From Sedimentisphaerales bacterium (GTDB lineage Bacteria > Planctomycetota > Phycisphaerae > Sedimentisphaerales > SM23-30): a stretch of 64,000 nt of DNA. A program made the translations under genes and the position numbers. Positions 21,407-30,116 of the stretch are shown here, one piece after another (the stretch's first letter is position 1; each line of letters opens with the position of its first letter). The stretch spans positions 2,138,201 through 2,202,200 of the forward strand of contig OY763926.1 in assembly GCA_963667715.1 (NCBI GenBank), read 5' to 3'. The notes under the pieces are model-generated. The model made no database searches, was not told the origin of the DNA, and saw nothing but the letters and a program-made list of their open reading frames with translations.

Positions 21407-21648
21407 TTTGTATGTTTGAATTATTATAAATATTGCGTGGTCTCTTTTTATATAACCTCATTCTATCTGGTTGTGTTATTGAGACTGATCTGTATTATCA
21501 AATTATTATTTAATGAATATTAGTATATTCTTGCGGAGAATGTACGTCTATAGGTCTGGCATTTGTACAGGAGGAAGTTTTTAAGTTGGTGTATTAATTG
21601 TTTATATTGTTCGCAAACGTTTACATTTTATTTTGAAAGGTTAAAAGA

Positions 21649-23670
21649 ATGAAGAAAAGTGAAATGAAATTTGCAGTGCTTTTAACTGCATTGCTAAGTG
21701 TTGTTGCTTTTGGTTCTACCCCCATCGAACTGGTTAATGCCGATTTCGATCTGCCGGGTGTAGTTAAAGTAACCGGATGGGATGGTACTGGTGCTGCTGG
21801 TAGTAATACTGAAGATATTCCTGGTTGGTTTTCTGATGCTGATGCTGCTGACTCTGGTGTTGAGACAAATTCTTTTGCAACTACTGGCAACTGGATTGCT
21901 TTTATAATGCAATCTGATGAGTCTATCTGGCAGACAACTAGCCATGTTATCGACTCTGGCCAGAGTTTCGTACTCTCGCTGGATGGGCGTAACACATCAA
22001 ATGCTGGTACTGTTACTATGTCTTTGTACTTTCTTGATGGTACTGAAAGAGTTACTTTTGCTACTCAGGATATAGTACTTACTGGCGAAATGGTTAGATA
22101 TAGCCTTATCGCTCCGTCTGTTGACGCTGCTTCTCCTGCCGTTGGCAATGTTGTTGGTGTCGAGATCAATCATATTCTCAGTGAAAATGGTACTTCAAAT
22201 GGTTGGGCTGGTATTGATACTGTTACTCTTGAAGTTAATTATGTATCTCCAGTTGCTCCAGCTGTTGAAGAAGAGTATGTTGATATAAACGGTACTCTTG
22301 AATGGGCTGTAGCTAACGATTGGAATGTCGACTTGTACCTGACAACTGATGAACCTAATATGGATACAATTTCATCTTATAAGAAGGTTACCAATCAGCA
22401 GATTACTGAATATACTTTTGCTAACCTTGACTTCTACTCAACTTACTACTGGCGTGTAGATGCTTACGAGCCTAATGATGCTTCTTATATCATTCATAAA
22501 GGCCCAGTTTGGAGCTTCACTACCAGAGCTCAGGAACCGCTGGTTGCTATTGCTATGAAGGACCTCACTGTGGCTTATGGCGAAACAGCTGTTTTCTCTA
22601 TGACTGCATCTGATACCGAACAGGCTGTTTGGTATAAAGTTGGCGAAGAAGCTCCACTTTCTGGTGCTAAATATTCTTCTTCTGTTGTTGCTGACGCTGA
22701 TAAGTTCATTGTTACTCTTGAAATCGCTGATTTCCAGTTAGCTGATGAAGGTTCATACTATGCTGTTTTGAGTAATTCTGCAACTACACAAACTACCGAA
22801 ACTGCTCCTGTTAAGCTGCTCGCCGAAAGATTAATGGGTTGGTGGGAATTCAATGGTAATATCGAAGATTCTGTAGATACTGTTATTCCAGGTGTAACTC
22901 CACATGATGGTACTATGGTTACTGTTGGTAGTGATGTTCCTTACACAGATGCTCTTAACTATACTCCTGGTATTATCGATCAGGCTTTGGAATTTACTCC
23001 TGCAGACGATGAAAATAATAGTTCTGCGTATTTTGCTTCACTTGGTTCAGAAGAAGATATGAATTTTGTATCTCGTGGTTTCACTGTTGCTACATGGTTC
23101 AAGACAAATCATGATGGTTGGGGTGCGATTGTTGGTAAAGGCCGTCGTCTTACTAATGGTTGGGTTATGGAACACAATAATAATGATGTAACCCTCGTAT
23201 TCAGAGGTGGTAGTGCTGCTGGTGTTAGTGCTAACATTGCTGATGGTCAGTGGCATCTGCTTGTTGGTACATATAACCCAGAAAAAGGCATGGTTGAAAT
23301 GTATGCTAGTGATGTTGATGATAAGGGTCAGTTGAGACTCAAGTACAGCGGAGTAACATCTGTTGCACCATCAACAACAACCGAGCTGCCTTTGACCGTT
23401 GGTATCGAACTTGATCCTGACTTTGAAAATGTTTATTCGATCGTTGCTGGTGAAGTTGACGACCTTAAAGTATATAGCTATGCAATGACTGCTGAAGAAG
23501 TTGCTGGTATGCTATATTACCCTGTAGTTAACGCTCCAATTTGTATGGAATCTGAAATTGGTGGTGAAGGTATTTATGACGTAAATGATGACTGTCAGAT
23601 CGACGTTATCGACTTTGCCGCTTTCGCTGCAAATTGGTTAGAATGTCGTGTGTATCCTGATTGCCAATAA
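21649..23670 (+). CDS. Secreted LamG-domain protein with an Ig-like domain and a Cys-containing dockerin-like C-terminus
   Basis: 673 aa. Signal peptide-like start MKKSEMKFAVLLTALLSVVAFG. Ig-like stretch VFSMTASDTEQAVWYKV...EGSYYAVLSN. LamG stretch ALEFTP...FTVATWFK...GQWHLLVGTY...VDDLKVYSYAMTAEEV. Tail DVNDDCQIDVIDFAAFAANWLECRVYPDCQ*. Confidence 0.8.
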   Translation: MKKSEMKFAVLLTALLSVVAFGSTPIELVNADFDLPGVVKVTGWDGTGAAGSNTEDIPGWFSDADAADSGVETNSFATTGNWIAFIMQSDESIWQTTSHVIDSGQSFVLSLDGRNTSNAGTVTMSLYFLDGTERVTFATQDIVLTGEMVRYSLIAPSVDAASPAVGNVVGVEINHILSENGTSNGWAGIDTVTLEVNYVSPVAPAVEEEYVDINGTLEWAVANDWNVDLYLTTDEPNMDTISSYKKVTNQQITEYTFANLDFYSTYYWRVDAYEPNDASYIIHKGPVWSFTTRAQEPLVAIAMKDLTVAYGETAVFSMTASDTEQAVWYKVGEEAPLSGAKYSSSVVADADKFIVTLEIADFQLADEGSYYAVLSNSATTQTTETAPVKLLAERLMGWWEFNGNIEDSVDTVIPGVTPHDGTMVTVGSDVPYTDALNYTPGIIDQALEFTPADDENNSSAYFASLGSEEDMNFVSRGFTVATWFKTNHDGWGAIVGKGRRLTNGWVMEHNNNDVTLVFRGGSAAGVSANIADGQWHLLVGTYNPEKGMVEMYASDVDDKGQLRLKYSGVTSVAPSTTTELPLTVGIELDPDFENVYSIVAGEVDDLKVYSYAMTAEEVAGMLYYPVVNAPICMESEIGGEGIYDVNDDCQIDVIDFAAFAANWLECRVYPDCQ

Positions 23671-23709
23671 TTGATATTTCATTTTCTTATATGATATTTG
23701 ATCATAGTG

Positions 23710-23746
23710 GCCCGTCTGTTCTCAGTAGCAGGCGGGCTGTTTTTTA
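23710..23746 (+). terminator. Rho-independent terminator
   Basis: Stem gcccgtctg (23710-23718) / caggcgggc (23729-23737) with one G-U pair, followed by tg and a T-run. Confidence 0.65.
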
Positions 23747-23888
23747 TGGTATATACCTGCAGTAGTTACCTAAAGTGCCATGTCGCCCTGGTTGTAACTC
23801 CGGCCTATACAAGGAGATATCTCTCTATTGACTAAAACTTGCAATAACTGTTTGTTTTTGCCCCTAATCATATGTTACAATTAAACTT

Positions 23889-26318
23889 ATGATAAAAACT
23901 TTCATCTGGCTCCACAAAAGAGAACTGATCTTTAATTACTGTATATATTTGATCATTCTGTTTTTGACATTCAGTACACACGCCTGTGCTGACAGTATCA
24001 TTCTCAGGCCCCAGGTGCATACATCTAGTGCTGATTTAAGTAAATCGGCTATAAATCTTAAAGAGCTTCTCCCTGCAAATTCTGACTATTATATTTCCTG
24101 GAGTCTGCCTGAACCGGTAGCTATACCAGATGATGATCTCGCTTGGCTTGAGGTGGTCTGTGACCCCAACGGCATCATAGTACCAGGCAATGTTGTTACG
24201 AAAGTTGAGTTATATCATAATATTTCCCATACTTGGAACGGTGATCTTGAAATCCAGCTGGCTAATGAACTGCACACCTGGCAGGTTCATTCTTCTAGTG
24301 ATGATTCAACTAATGATTATGATGAGCTGCTGCAAAACTTCTCTGACTTTACTGGTGATGACCCTTGCCAGATGTGGTATTATCGTGTCCGTGATATTGT
24401 TGGTGAAGATGTTGGAACCTTAAATGAAATGGTTCTCAAGGTCTACTATTCTCCCTCTAACCCCGCAATAAAGCTCGATAAAGAGTCACTTGAGCTCGAC
24501 TGCAGCGACACTCAACTCACTACAACGACATCTGCATCGGATAAGTCCTCGACCGTCTCGACAACTTCGAAACTGCTTAATCAGTATGTTATAGATAGTA
24601 AACTCAGTCGTGACAATAGCGTAAATGTTATCGTAAACCTTAATCCTGCTTTTATAACTAAGGCGTTAAATATCACAAAAGCGGGGCGTAGTACCAAAGA
24701 ATATCAAAATGCTATTAGTAGTGTCCGTAGTGAACTGTTATCCCAATTAAAGTCGAAAAAAGCCCTAAAAGTAAGAAAGCAGTATGATAATCTCTTATCA
24801 TTTTCCGCAACTGTAGATTTCTCTCAATTGCAGGATTTGATTGCAAGCGATTATGTCTATTCCGTCGAGCCTGTGATAAAGCTTGAGCTGTTTACCGCTC
24901 AGGGCCTACCGCTAATGCACGCCCTCGACTCACGCTCTTCTATCTCCGGCCAAGGTATTGCAATCGCTATATGTGATACCGGAATTGATTACACTCATCC
25001 TGATTTGGGTAACGGCACTTTCCCGAATGACAAGGTTATTGGCGGTTATGACTTTGGGTCTAATGACGCTGACCCTATGCCGGTCGGTGTAGCTCATGGT
25101 ACTTCCTGTGCCGGCATTGCCGCTGGCGATATTACCAGCTCTGGTGACTTTATTGGTGGCGTAGCCCCTGGAGCAAAACTGTACGCTCTGAAGGTGTCAG
25201 ATGACGATGCTGAAAATATGACCAATGAAGCTGTCCTTAACGCCTGGGACTGGTGTCTGACCCATCAATATGATGACCCGAATAACCCTATTATGGTTAT
25301 CAGTAACAGCTTCGGCTCCGACTCCTTCTCATCTGTTTGCGATACAGCGTCATCAGCTTTTACTCTTATGGTTGAACAGCTAAATACCGCCGGCATTACT
25401 CTTCTCGCTGCCTCTGGCAATGATGGCTATTGCTCATCTATTGCCTGGCCATCCTGTATGAGTGGTGTTATTTCCGTTGGTGCCGTATATGATACACCTT
25501 TCTCTTCTGTGTCTTATTGCGTTGAGCCAACCTCCTGTGTTGCTGAGCCCGATACGTACTATGACTGCTCTACAGAATATTATTGCAGAAATACCAATTC
25601 TGTTGCCGGGGAAGTTACCTGCTATTCTAATTCAGCTTCTATACTCGATATTCTGGCTCCGTCAACCTCGGTTTACACAACTGATATCGCCGGCTCTGAC
25701 GGCTACACCACAGATGATTATTATTCGGCTTTTGGTGGTACTTCAGCCGCTTGTCCCTACGCTGCTGGTGCTGTTGCAGTTTTACAATCGCAAATGTACC
25801 AGATCTCCGGCACATATCTCACGCCTGACCAGGTCAAAGACCATATAAAATCGACTGGAACTAATATCGTTGATGGTAAGTCTGCTATCTCAACTCCTAT
25901 GGTTGATCTGGCCAATGCTCTTGAAAATCTCGTATTTTGCTCTCAACAGTCATTGCAAATCCAAAATATTGGTGCCGAAACTCTACAAGTCACTGATATT
26001 CAAACCCCGCAATGGATTTCGTTAGACCCGGCTCCGCCATATACTGTTCTACCATCGTCTAGCCGGAGTATATGTATTGCTGTTGATTGCTCCCCATGTG
26101 ACGGAAGTTTTATTTCGCAAGACTCTGAATTGATAATATACTCAAACGACCCTGATAGCCCGGCTCTCATCTTGCCTGTTTCGCAGCTTTGCAGTGTGTG
26201 CTTACAAAAGCCCACAGCAGATATCACTGGCGATTGCATGGTTAATGTGCTTGATCTGGCCGAGATAGCCCAACGCTGGCTGGATTGCAATCTCTATCCT
26301 GCTATTTACTGCCAATAG
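23889..26318 (+). CDS. Subtilisin-family (S8) serine protease with an N-terminal P-domain-like module and a Cys-containing dockerin-like C-terminus
   Basis: 809 aa. Catalytic triad contexts: AICDTGIDYTHPDLG (Asp), HGTSCAGIAAG (His), GGTSAACPYAAGAVAVL (Ser). The upstream segment VELYHNISHTWNGDLEIQLAN...CQMWYYRVRDIVGEDVGTLNEMVLKVYY resembles a proprotein-convertase P domain. Tail DITGDCMVNVLDLAEIAQRWLDCNLYPAIYCQ*. Confidence 0.9.
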   Translation: MIKTFIWLHKRELIFNYCIYLIILFLTFSTHACADSIILRPQVHTSSADLSKSAINLKELLPANSDYYISWSLPEPVAIPDDDLAWLEVVCDPNGIIVPGNVVTKVELYHNISHTWNGDLEIQLANELHTWQVHSSSDDSTNDYDELLQNFSDFTGDDPCQMWYYRVRDIVGEDVGTLNEMVLKVYYSPSNPAIKLDKESLELDCSDTQLTTTTSASDKSSTVSTTSKLLNQYVIDSKLSRDNSVNVIVNLNPAFITKALNITKAGRSTKEYQNAISSVRSELLSQLKSKKALKVRKQYDNLLSFSATVDFSQLQDLIASDYVYSVEPVIKLELFTAQGLPLMHALDSRSSISGQGIAIAICDTGIDYTHPDLGNGTFPNDKVIGGYDFGSNDADPMPVGVAHGTSCAGIAAGDITSSGDFIGGVAPGAKLYALKVSDDDAENMTNEAVLNAWDWCLTHQYDDPNNPIMVISNSFGSDSFSSVCDTASSAFTLMVEQLNTAGITLLAASGNDGYCSSIAWPSCMSGVISVGAVYDTPFSSVSYCVEPTSCVAEPDTYYDCSTEYYCRNTNSVAGEVTCYSNSASILDILAPSTSVYTTDIAGSDGYTTDDYYSAFGGTSAACPYAAGAVAVLQSQMYQISGTYLTPDQVKDHIKSTGTNIVDGKSAISTPMVDLANALENLVFCSQQSLQIQNIGAETLQVTDIQTPQWISLDPAPPYTVLPSSSRSICIAVDCSPCDGSFISQDSELIIYSNDPDSPALILPVSQLCSVCLQKPTADITGDCMVNVLDLAEIAQRWLDCNLYPAIYCQ

Positions 26319-26323
26319 ATTTG

Positions 26324-26917
26324 CTACGTTAGACGCTTAAAGAAGAATGGATTGAATGACCGCTCAGTACTAACTGTGCTCATCGGTCCATGTGCCGGGT
26401 ATATTCGAGTATTGTCATCAAGGGTAAAAACCTGTTCTATTACAGACTTTATCTGACGTCTGGTGTTATTAATTCCGTGCGTACCACCAACACTTCCGGC
26501 AAACAACGCATCGCCAGTAAATACATTCCCATCACAATAGTATGATATACCATTTGCCGTATGGCCCGGTGTCGACAGACACCTTATCTCATGTTCGCCC
26601 AATGCGATTCTGTAATCATGTCCTACCGTAATGTCAGCATCAGGGTATTCGCTTTCTCCGGCATACGAGGTCAGCTCAAATGCCTCCTTAAACTGCCCAA
26701 AGCCCTCAATATGGTCCCAATGCCCATGTGTGATCAACAGATGCTTCAGGCTAAGATTATGGCTTTCTATAAACTCTGGTATCTCAGGCCGAAATCCGCC
26801 CGGATCAATAAAAGCCGCCTCGCGACTGGCCTTATCAAATATTAGGTAGCCATTGATCGGGTAGCCGCCAATAGTAAATCCTTTGACAGCCAGTTGATTA
26901 TTATTTGAATTGATCAT
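26324..26917 (-). CDS. MBL-fold metallo-hydrolase (glyoxalase II-like)
   Basis: 197 aa with the HxHxDH motif in LLITHGHWDHIEG and a later TPGHT. Its start codon overlaps the stop of the upstream gene (TAATG at 26915-26919). Confidence 0.85.
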   Translation of the reverse strand: MINSNNNQLAVKGFTIGGYPINGYLIFDKASREAAFIDPGGFRPEIPEFIESHNLSLKHLLITHGHWDHIEGFGQFKEAFELTSYAGESEYPDADITVGHDYRIALGEHEIRCLSTPGHTANGISYYCDGNVFTGDALFAGSVGGTHGINNTRRQIKSVIEQVFTLDDNTRIYPAHGPMSTVSTERSFNPFFFKRLT

Positions 26918-27549
26918 TATAATTCCAGCCCAACTATCCCGTTTATATTGTCTGCCTGTCTAATGTCGCTATTAATAAATTCAGTATCACTGAAATAGCT
27001 ACGATGAAATACTGCATTACTCAAATCACAATCTATAAAACGACAATTATAAAACTCGGCAGTGCGGAATATAGTCTTCTTTAATCGACAACCCTTAAAG
27101 GTAACATTATTAAAGATCGCCCCCGGCATTCTTACAAAGAAACTGTCACAATCCTCCAGAGTACAGTTATTCCAGAATGAACCGCTAAAAGCCGTCTCTG
27201 TTAGTCTGGCTGATTTGAAATGACTATTGCTGAATGTACTCCCGCCCAGATCGCATAAATGCATTTTGCATTTATCGAATACTGTCCCGTTAAAATTCGA
27301 CCTGCTCATGAATGTCCGGCAAAAATCACTATCTGATATCTTGCAATCAGTAAAACTGCTTTCAGCTATCTTACTGTCATTGATCACCGTATTGCTGATA
27401 CCAGACAAATTCGCTGATAACCCATCCATAACGCACAGGTCAATATTGCGTTCAGCTATCTCATATTCAAATAGTCGAACGTTATTGAATGTGCCTTCAG
27501 ATATCGCCATATCTGCTGGAAAACTATTTAGCTTTGGGTTCATTGCCAT
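26917..27549 (-). CDS. Pentapeptide-repeat protein
   Basis: 210 aa dominated by A(D/N)LxX-type five-residue repeats (e.g. CDLSNAVFHRSYFSDTEFINSDIRQADN, CDLGGSTFSNSHFKSARLTETAFSGSFW). The start lies 2 nt after the upstream stop. Confidence 0.8.
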   Translation of the reverse strand: MAMNPKLNSFPADMAISEGTFNNVRLFEYEIAERNIDLCVMDGLSANLSGISNTVINDSKIAESSFTDCKISDSDFCRTFMSRSNFNGTVFDKCKMHLCDLGGSTFSNSHFKSARLTETAFSGSFWNNCTLEDCDSFFVRMPGAIFNNVTFKGCRLKKTIFRTAEFYNCRFIDCDLSNAVFHRSYFSDTEFINSDIRQADNINGIVGLEL

Positions 27550-27551
27550 GA

Positions 27552-29765
27552 TTACAGTCCAAGGTCAAGTCTCAGCGTTCTGAACAGCCAACTCAGGAAT
27601 GTCTGCCCCAGTGTCTTATCTTCATAGTTGATCTTTATACGGCCGGTAAGGCCATCTCTCAAGCCGATACTGTCTTCACCGTCAATTGGTAGTACAAGCT
27701 CGTAAATATTGTCCGACGGCTTTAACAGCTGGTCATTATCTGTTGTTGGCTGGGTTGGTATATCACCATGGAATATCGTTGCAAAAGCAGGGGTGCTAAG
27801 CACTTCAGCCTTGGTATCCGGGATACTCTTTACCTTTGAAAGTATCATTTTATCGTCCATCGCCCATAGTTTTATCTGAGCTGTTTGACCGATCTCGGCA
27901 AATTCCATATCCTGTGACTTAACCGCTGCGACCGCCTCAAATTTACCCGGCTTACATACTGCCAGCAGTTCAGTGCCAACGTCAAGGTATGTACCTTCCA
28001 GCCAATCAAGCGGAATTGAATTTGTCAGCACTACAATACCGTCGATTGGAGACTTTATCTCCAGCCTTGATTGTTCCTGCTTTGCTCGTTCAAACTGAAG
28101 CTCTAACGCCAGATATTCTTCGTCCAGCTGTCTTTCTTCGATATCTCTACCTTGTTTCTTGGCTTCTTTACGCTTTATGTCAACTTGCTGTTTCTGTATC
28201 TCCAGGTCTTTTACCCCGTAGTTAAGTACCGGGTCGGTCAACCTGATTATCACATCCCCAGCCTTCACCGGCATACCATCATATGGCAACGCCAGACCGG
28301 AATCTGCTAATGATACAAATCCTGAGCGGTTCACATATAGCGGAGTAAGGTCTGCCGGACGTATTACACACTGGGTTTCTATACTCTGCTCCGTCGGTAT
28401 CCACGCTACGCCTACAATTGAACCAATCATCAGTACTGATATTACACTGGCCGTTATAGGGTGAATATTCAGTGAGTCCCATTGATTAAATAGGAACTTC
28501 ATTAGCTTGAACAATGGCAGTACGAACGATGCATATATTGACGATACTGCCAATACACCACCGATTACTCCCCAGCCGTAAGGGTCCAGAAACGTCCAAA
28601 CCATTACTATGATCGCGAACATAATGAACCATCTGTATATCGCACTTAGAATCGCAAAGCTGAATATGCCCAGCTCACGATTTTCTACATCAATTGGCTT
28701 TTCAGCTTTCTTTACGCCCAATACATATTTCTTACCTAAATACTGCAAGTAGTTCGTGGCCTTTTGCTTCATATTGGGTATTTCGAGCATATCCATCACG
28801 AAGTAATATCCATCATATCTCAGTAGGGGGTTGCCATTGAACATGATAGTATTTATACTTGCCGCCAGCATTACATTGAGGGCAAACTGATTGACAAGAT
28901 TGCCCGGAACGGTCAACGCCCATATCCACGTCGCCATTCCCGCTAAAAATACTTCTACCGCTATTCCTGCCGCCGTGATCCATACGCGCTTGTGCTTCTC
29001 GTTTATCATCCACGCGTCAGACACATCACAATACATCGCCGGCATAAATACCAGAAACAGCAAACCCATCTCATGTACTTCTGTCCCGAAGTGCTTCGCG
29101 ACCAGACCGTGACCAAACTCGTGTATGATCTTTATACAGAATAATGCTGGAAACAGAAACATTAGGTTAGTCCAGCTCAACAATGGCTGACGACCGCCCA
29201 GGTTATCGATATTTGAAAATAGCAAATATAGTGACCCGGTAAACATTAGTATTGTAAATATTACCATTGTCTTACTGAATATATATGGGCCTATTGTGCG
29301 GTTCATTTTTGTCAGCAGCTTATCAGGGTCCAGCAGGGGGATCTTATAGAACATATACTCAGTCTTGAGCTTCTGGAAGAAACTTCTGGTGAGCTGCTGC
29401 TTCCTGCTCAGTAAGTAATCGCTCGTATTATCTCCGCTGCCAATCAGTAGATTCCCACCACGCATCATAATGATAAAGCTCATTACTGCCTGAGCATCAT
29501 ATGTATCGTCAGGAAAACGCTCTGCCAATGCTTTTAACACATCTTCGATCGTTGTCTTACCGTTGAGCATCTTGAATATTGTATACTCCGGCGGACGCAA
29601 ACGGTAATATCTCAGGGTGGTTGGATCTTTCAGTACATAACATGGGTGGCCGTAATATACCTGTTCTGTGATCTCCAGATCGGCTCTTGCCTTTGGCAGC
29701 ACACCCGAATCTGAGTCCTTGTTTGATCTTGCTGATAATTTATCTATATCTATTTCTTGTGTCAT
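27552..29765 (-). CDS. Membrane M50-type zinc metalloprotease fused to a HlyD-like periplasmic adaptor, with an N-terminal PqqD/RRE-like domain
   Basis: 737 aa. HExxH sits in a TM segment (IKIIHEFGHGLVAKHFG), and there are multiple TM helices. C-terminal coiled coil (QKQQVDIKRKEAKKQGRDIEERQLDEEYLALELQFERAKQEQ) and barrel-sandwich motifs (VKAGDVIIRLTDP, IKSPIDGIVV) are typical of HlyD/MFP proteins. N-terminal YVLKDPTTLRYYRLRPPEYTIFKMLNGKTTIEDVLKALAERFP...VMSFIIMMRGGNLL resembles a PqqD-type peptide-binding domain. Confidence 0.8.
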   Translation of the reverse strand: MTQEIDIDKLSARSNKDSDSGVLPKARADLEITEQVYYGHPCYVLKDPTTLRYYRLRPPEYTIFKMLNGKTTIEDVLKALAERFPDDTYDAQAVMSFIIMMRGGNLLIGSGDNTSDYLLSRKQQLTRSFFQKLKTEYMFYKIPLLDPDKLLTKMNRTIGPYIFSKTMVIFTILMFTGSLYLLFSNIDNLGGRQPLLSWTNLMFLFPALFCIKIIHEFGHGLVAKHFGTEVHEMGLLFLVFMPAMYCDVSDAWMINEKHKRVWITAAGIAVEVFLAGMATWIWALTVPGNLVNQFALNVMLAASINTIMFNGNPLLRYDGYYFVMDMLEIPNMKQKATNYLQYLGKKYVLGVKKAEKPIDVENRELGIFSFAILSAIYRWFIMFAIIVMVWTFLDPYGWGVIGGVLAVSSIYASFVLPLFKLMKFLFNQWDSLNIHPITASVISVLMIGSIVGVAWIPTEQSIETQCVIRPADLTPLYVNRSGFVSLADSGLALPYDGMPVKAGDVIIRLTDPVLNYGVKDLEIQKQQVDIKRKEAKKQGRDIEERQLDEEYLALELQFERAKQEQSRLEIKSPIDGIVVLTNSIPLDWLEGTYLDVGTELLAVCKPGKFEAVAAVKSQDMEFAEIGQTAQIKLWAMDDKMILSKVKSIPDTKAEVLSTPAFATIFHGDIPTQPTTDNDQLLKPSDNIYELVLPIDGEDSIGLRDGLTGRIKINYEDKTLGQTFLSWLFRTLRLDLGL

Positions 29766-29924
29766 AACGCCTTTAGGTTCTTTGCTAAAATAGTCTTATG
29801 TATTCTTAAGCTCTCTATTCTATCATAAATAGTTACAATAGTAAATATCGGGTATGTAACATTATAGACTTACTTTTTATGAAAGATTATGCTTTATTTT
29901 TTGAATTCATATTAAACTGCGGGC

Positions 29925-29957
29925 AAAAAAAAACCGGGCTGGACAAGTCCAACCCGG
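29925..29957 (-). terminator. Rho-independent terminator (minus strand)
   Basis: On the minus strand, CCGGGTTGGAC (29957-29947) pairs with GTCCAGCCCGG (29944-29934) with one G-U pair, followed by a run of nine T (29933-29925). Confidence 0.75.
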
Positions 29958-30111
29958 AGTATTAGTTGTTTGTGAGCTTTCTACCCTTATGGATCATTAT
30001 TACCCAGAACAAAGCAGAAAAATCTACCCTTACCACCCCGGATAATCGCCTAAGCAGGCTCACTCCCAACATAGCATTCTATGTTTTGGGATTCTGCTCT
30101 TTTTTCCTTCT
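29925..30111 (-). ncRNA. Candidate structured small RNA or cis-regulatory leader of about 185 nt, class unknown
   Basis: A discrete unit with a sigma-70-like promoter (30117-30145) and an intrinsic terminator (29925-29957), and no ORF longer than 8 codons. Internal hairpin CCCAAAACAUAG/CUAUGUUGGG. Long-range complementarity GAGCAGAA/UUCUGCUU and GUGAGC/GCUCAC. Repeated UAAGGGUAGA. The segment CCGGGGUGG can pair with the 3' arm of the terminator (CCAGCCCGG). Confidence 0.35.
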
Positions 30112-30116
30112 CTATT

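Noticed and set aside
19000-23888. A shared ECF-type promoter (GGAAC/GTAAC-like -35 plus CGT-like -10) upstream of the sigma gene, the LamG gene, the protease gene and the giant genes.
   Set aside because: I saw only loose GTAAAC/GTAACT/GCAAAC matches with inconsistent spacing and no common -10. This is not good enough to report without motif statistics.
26316-26326. The convergent S8 protease and MBL hydrolase genes end only 5 bp apart with no terminator hairpin. I considered this as possible antisense interference.
   Set aside because: Tight convergent stops are common in compact genomes, and nothing in the sequence points to a specific mechanism. The same applies to the 12-nt convergent overlap of the GNAT and hydrolase genes (31875-31886).
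29925-30111. Assigning the candidate RNA to a known class (cobalamin, c-di-GMP, fluoride, ZTP, guanidine, yybP-ykoY, glycine, 6S, SRP, RNase P, tmRNA).
   Set aside because: None of the consensus cores I remember is present. These are GCCACUG, the GGAA/AGCA SRP loop, GAGGAAAGUCC, the tRNA-like end of tmRNA and ACGR loops. I left it unclassified rather than force a label.
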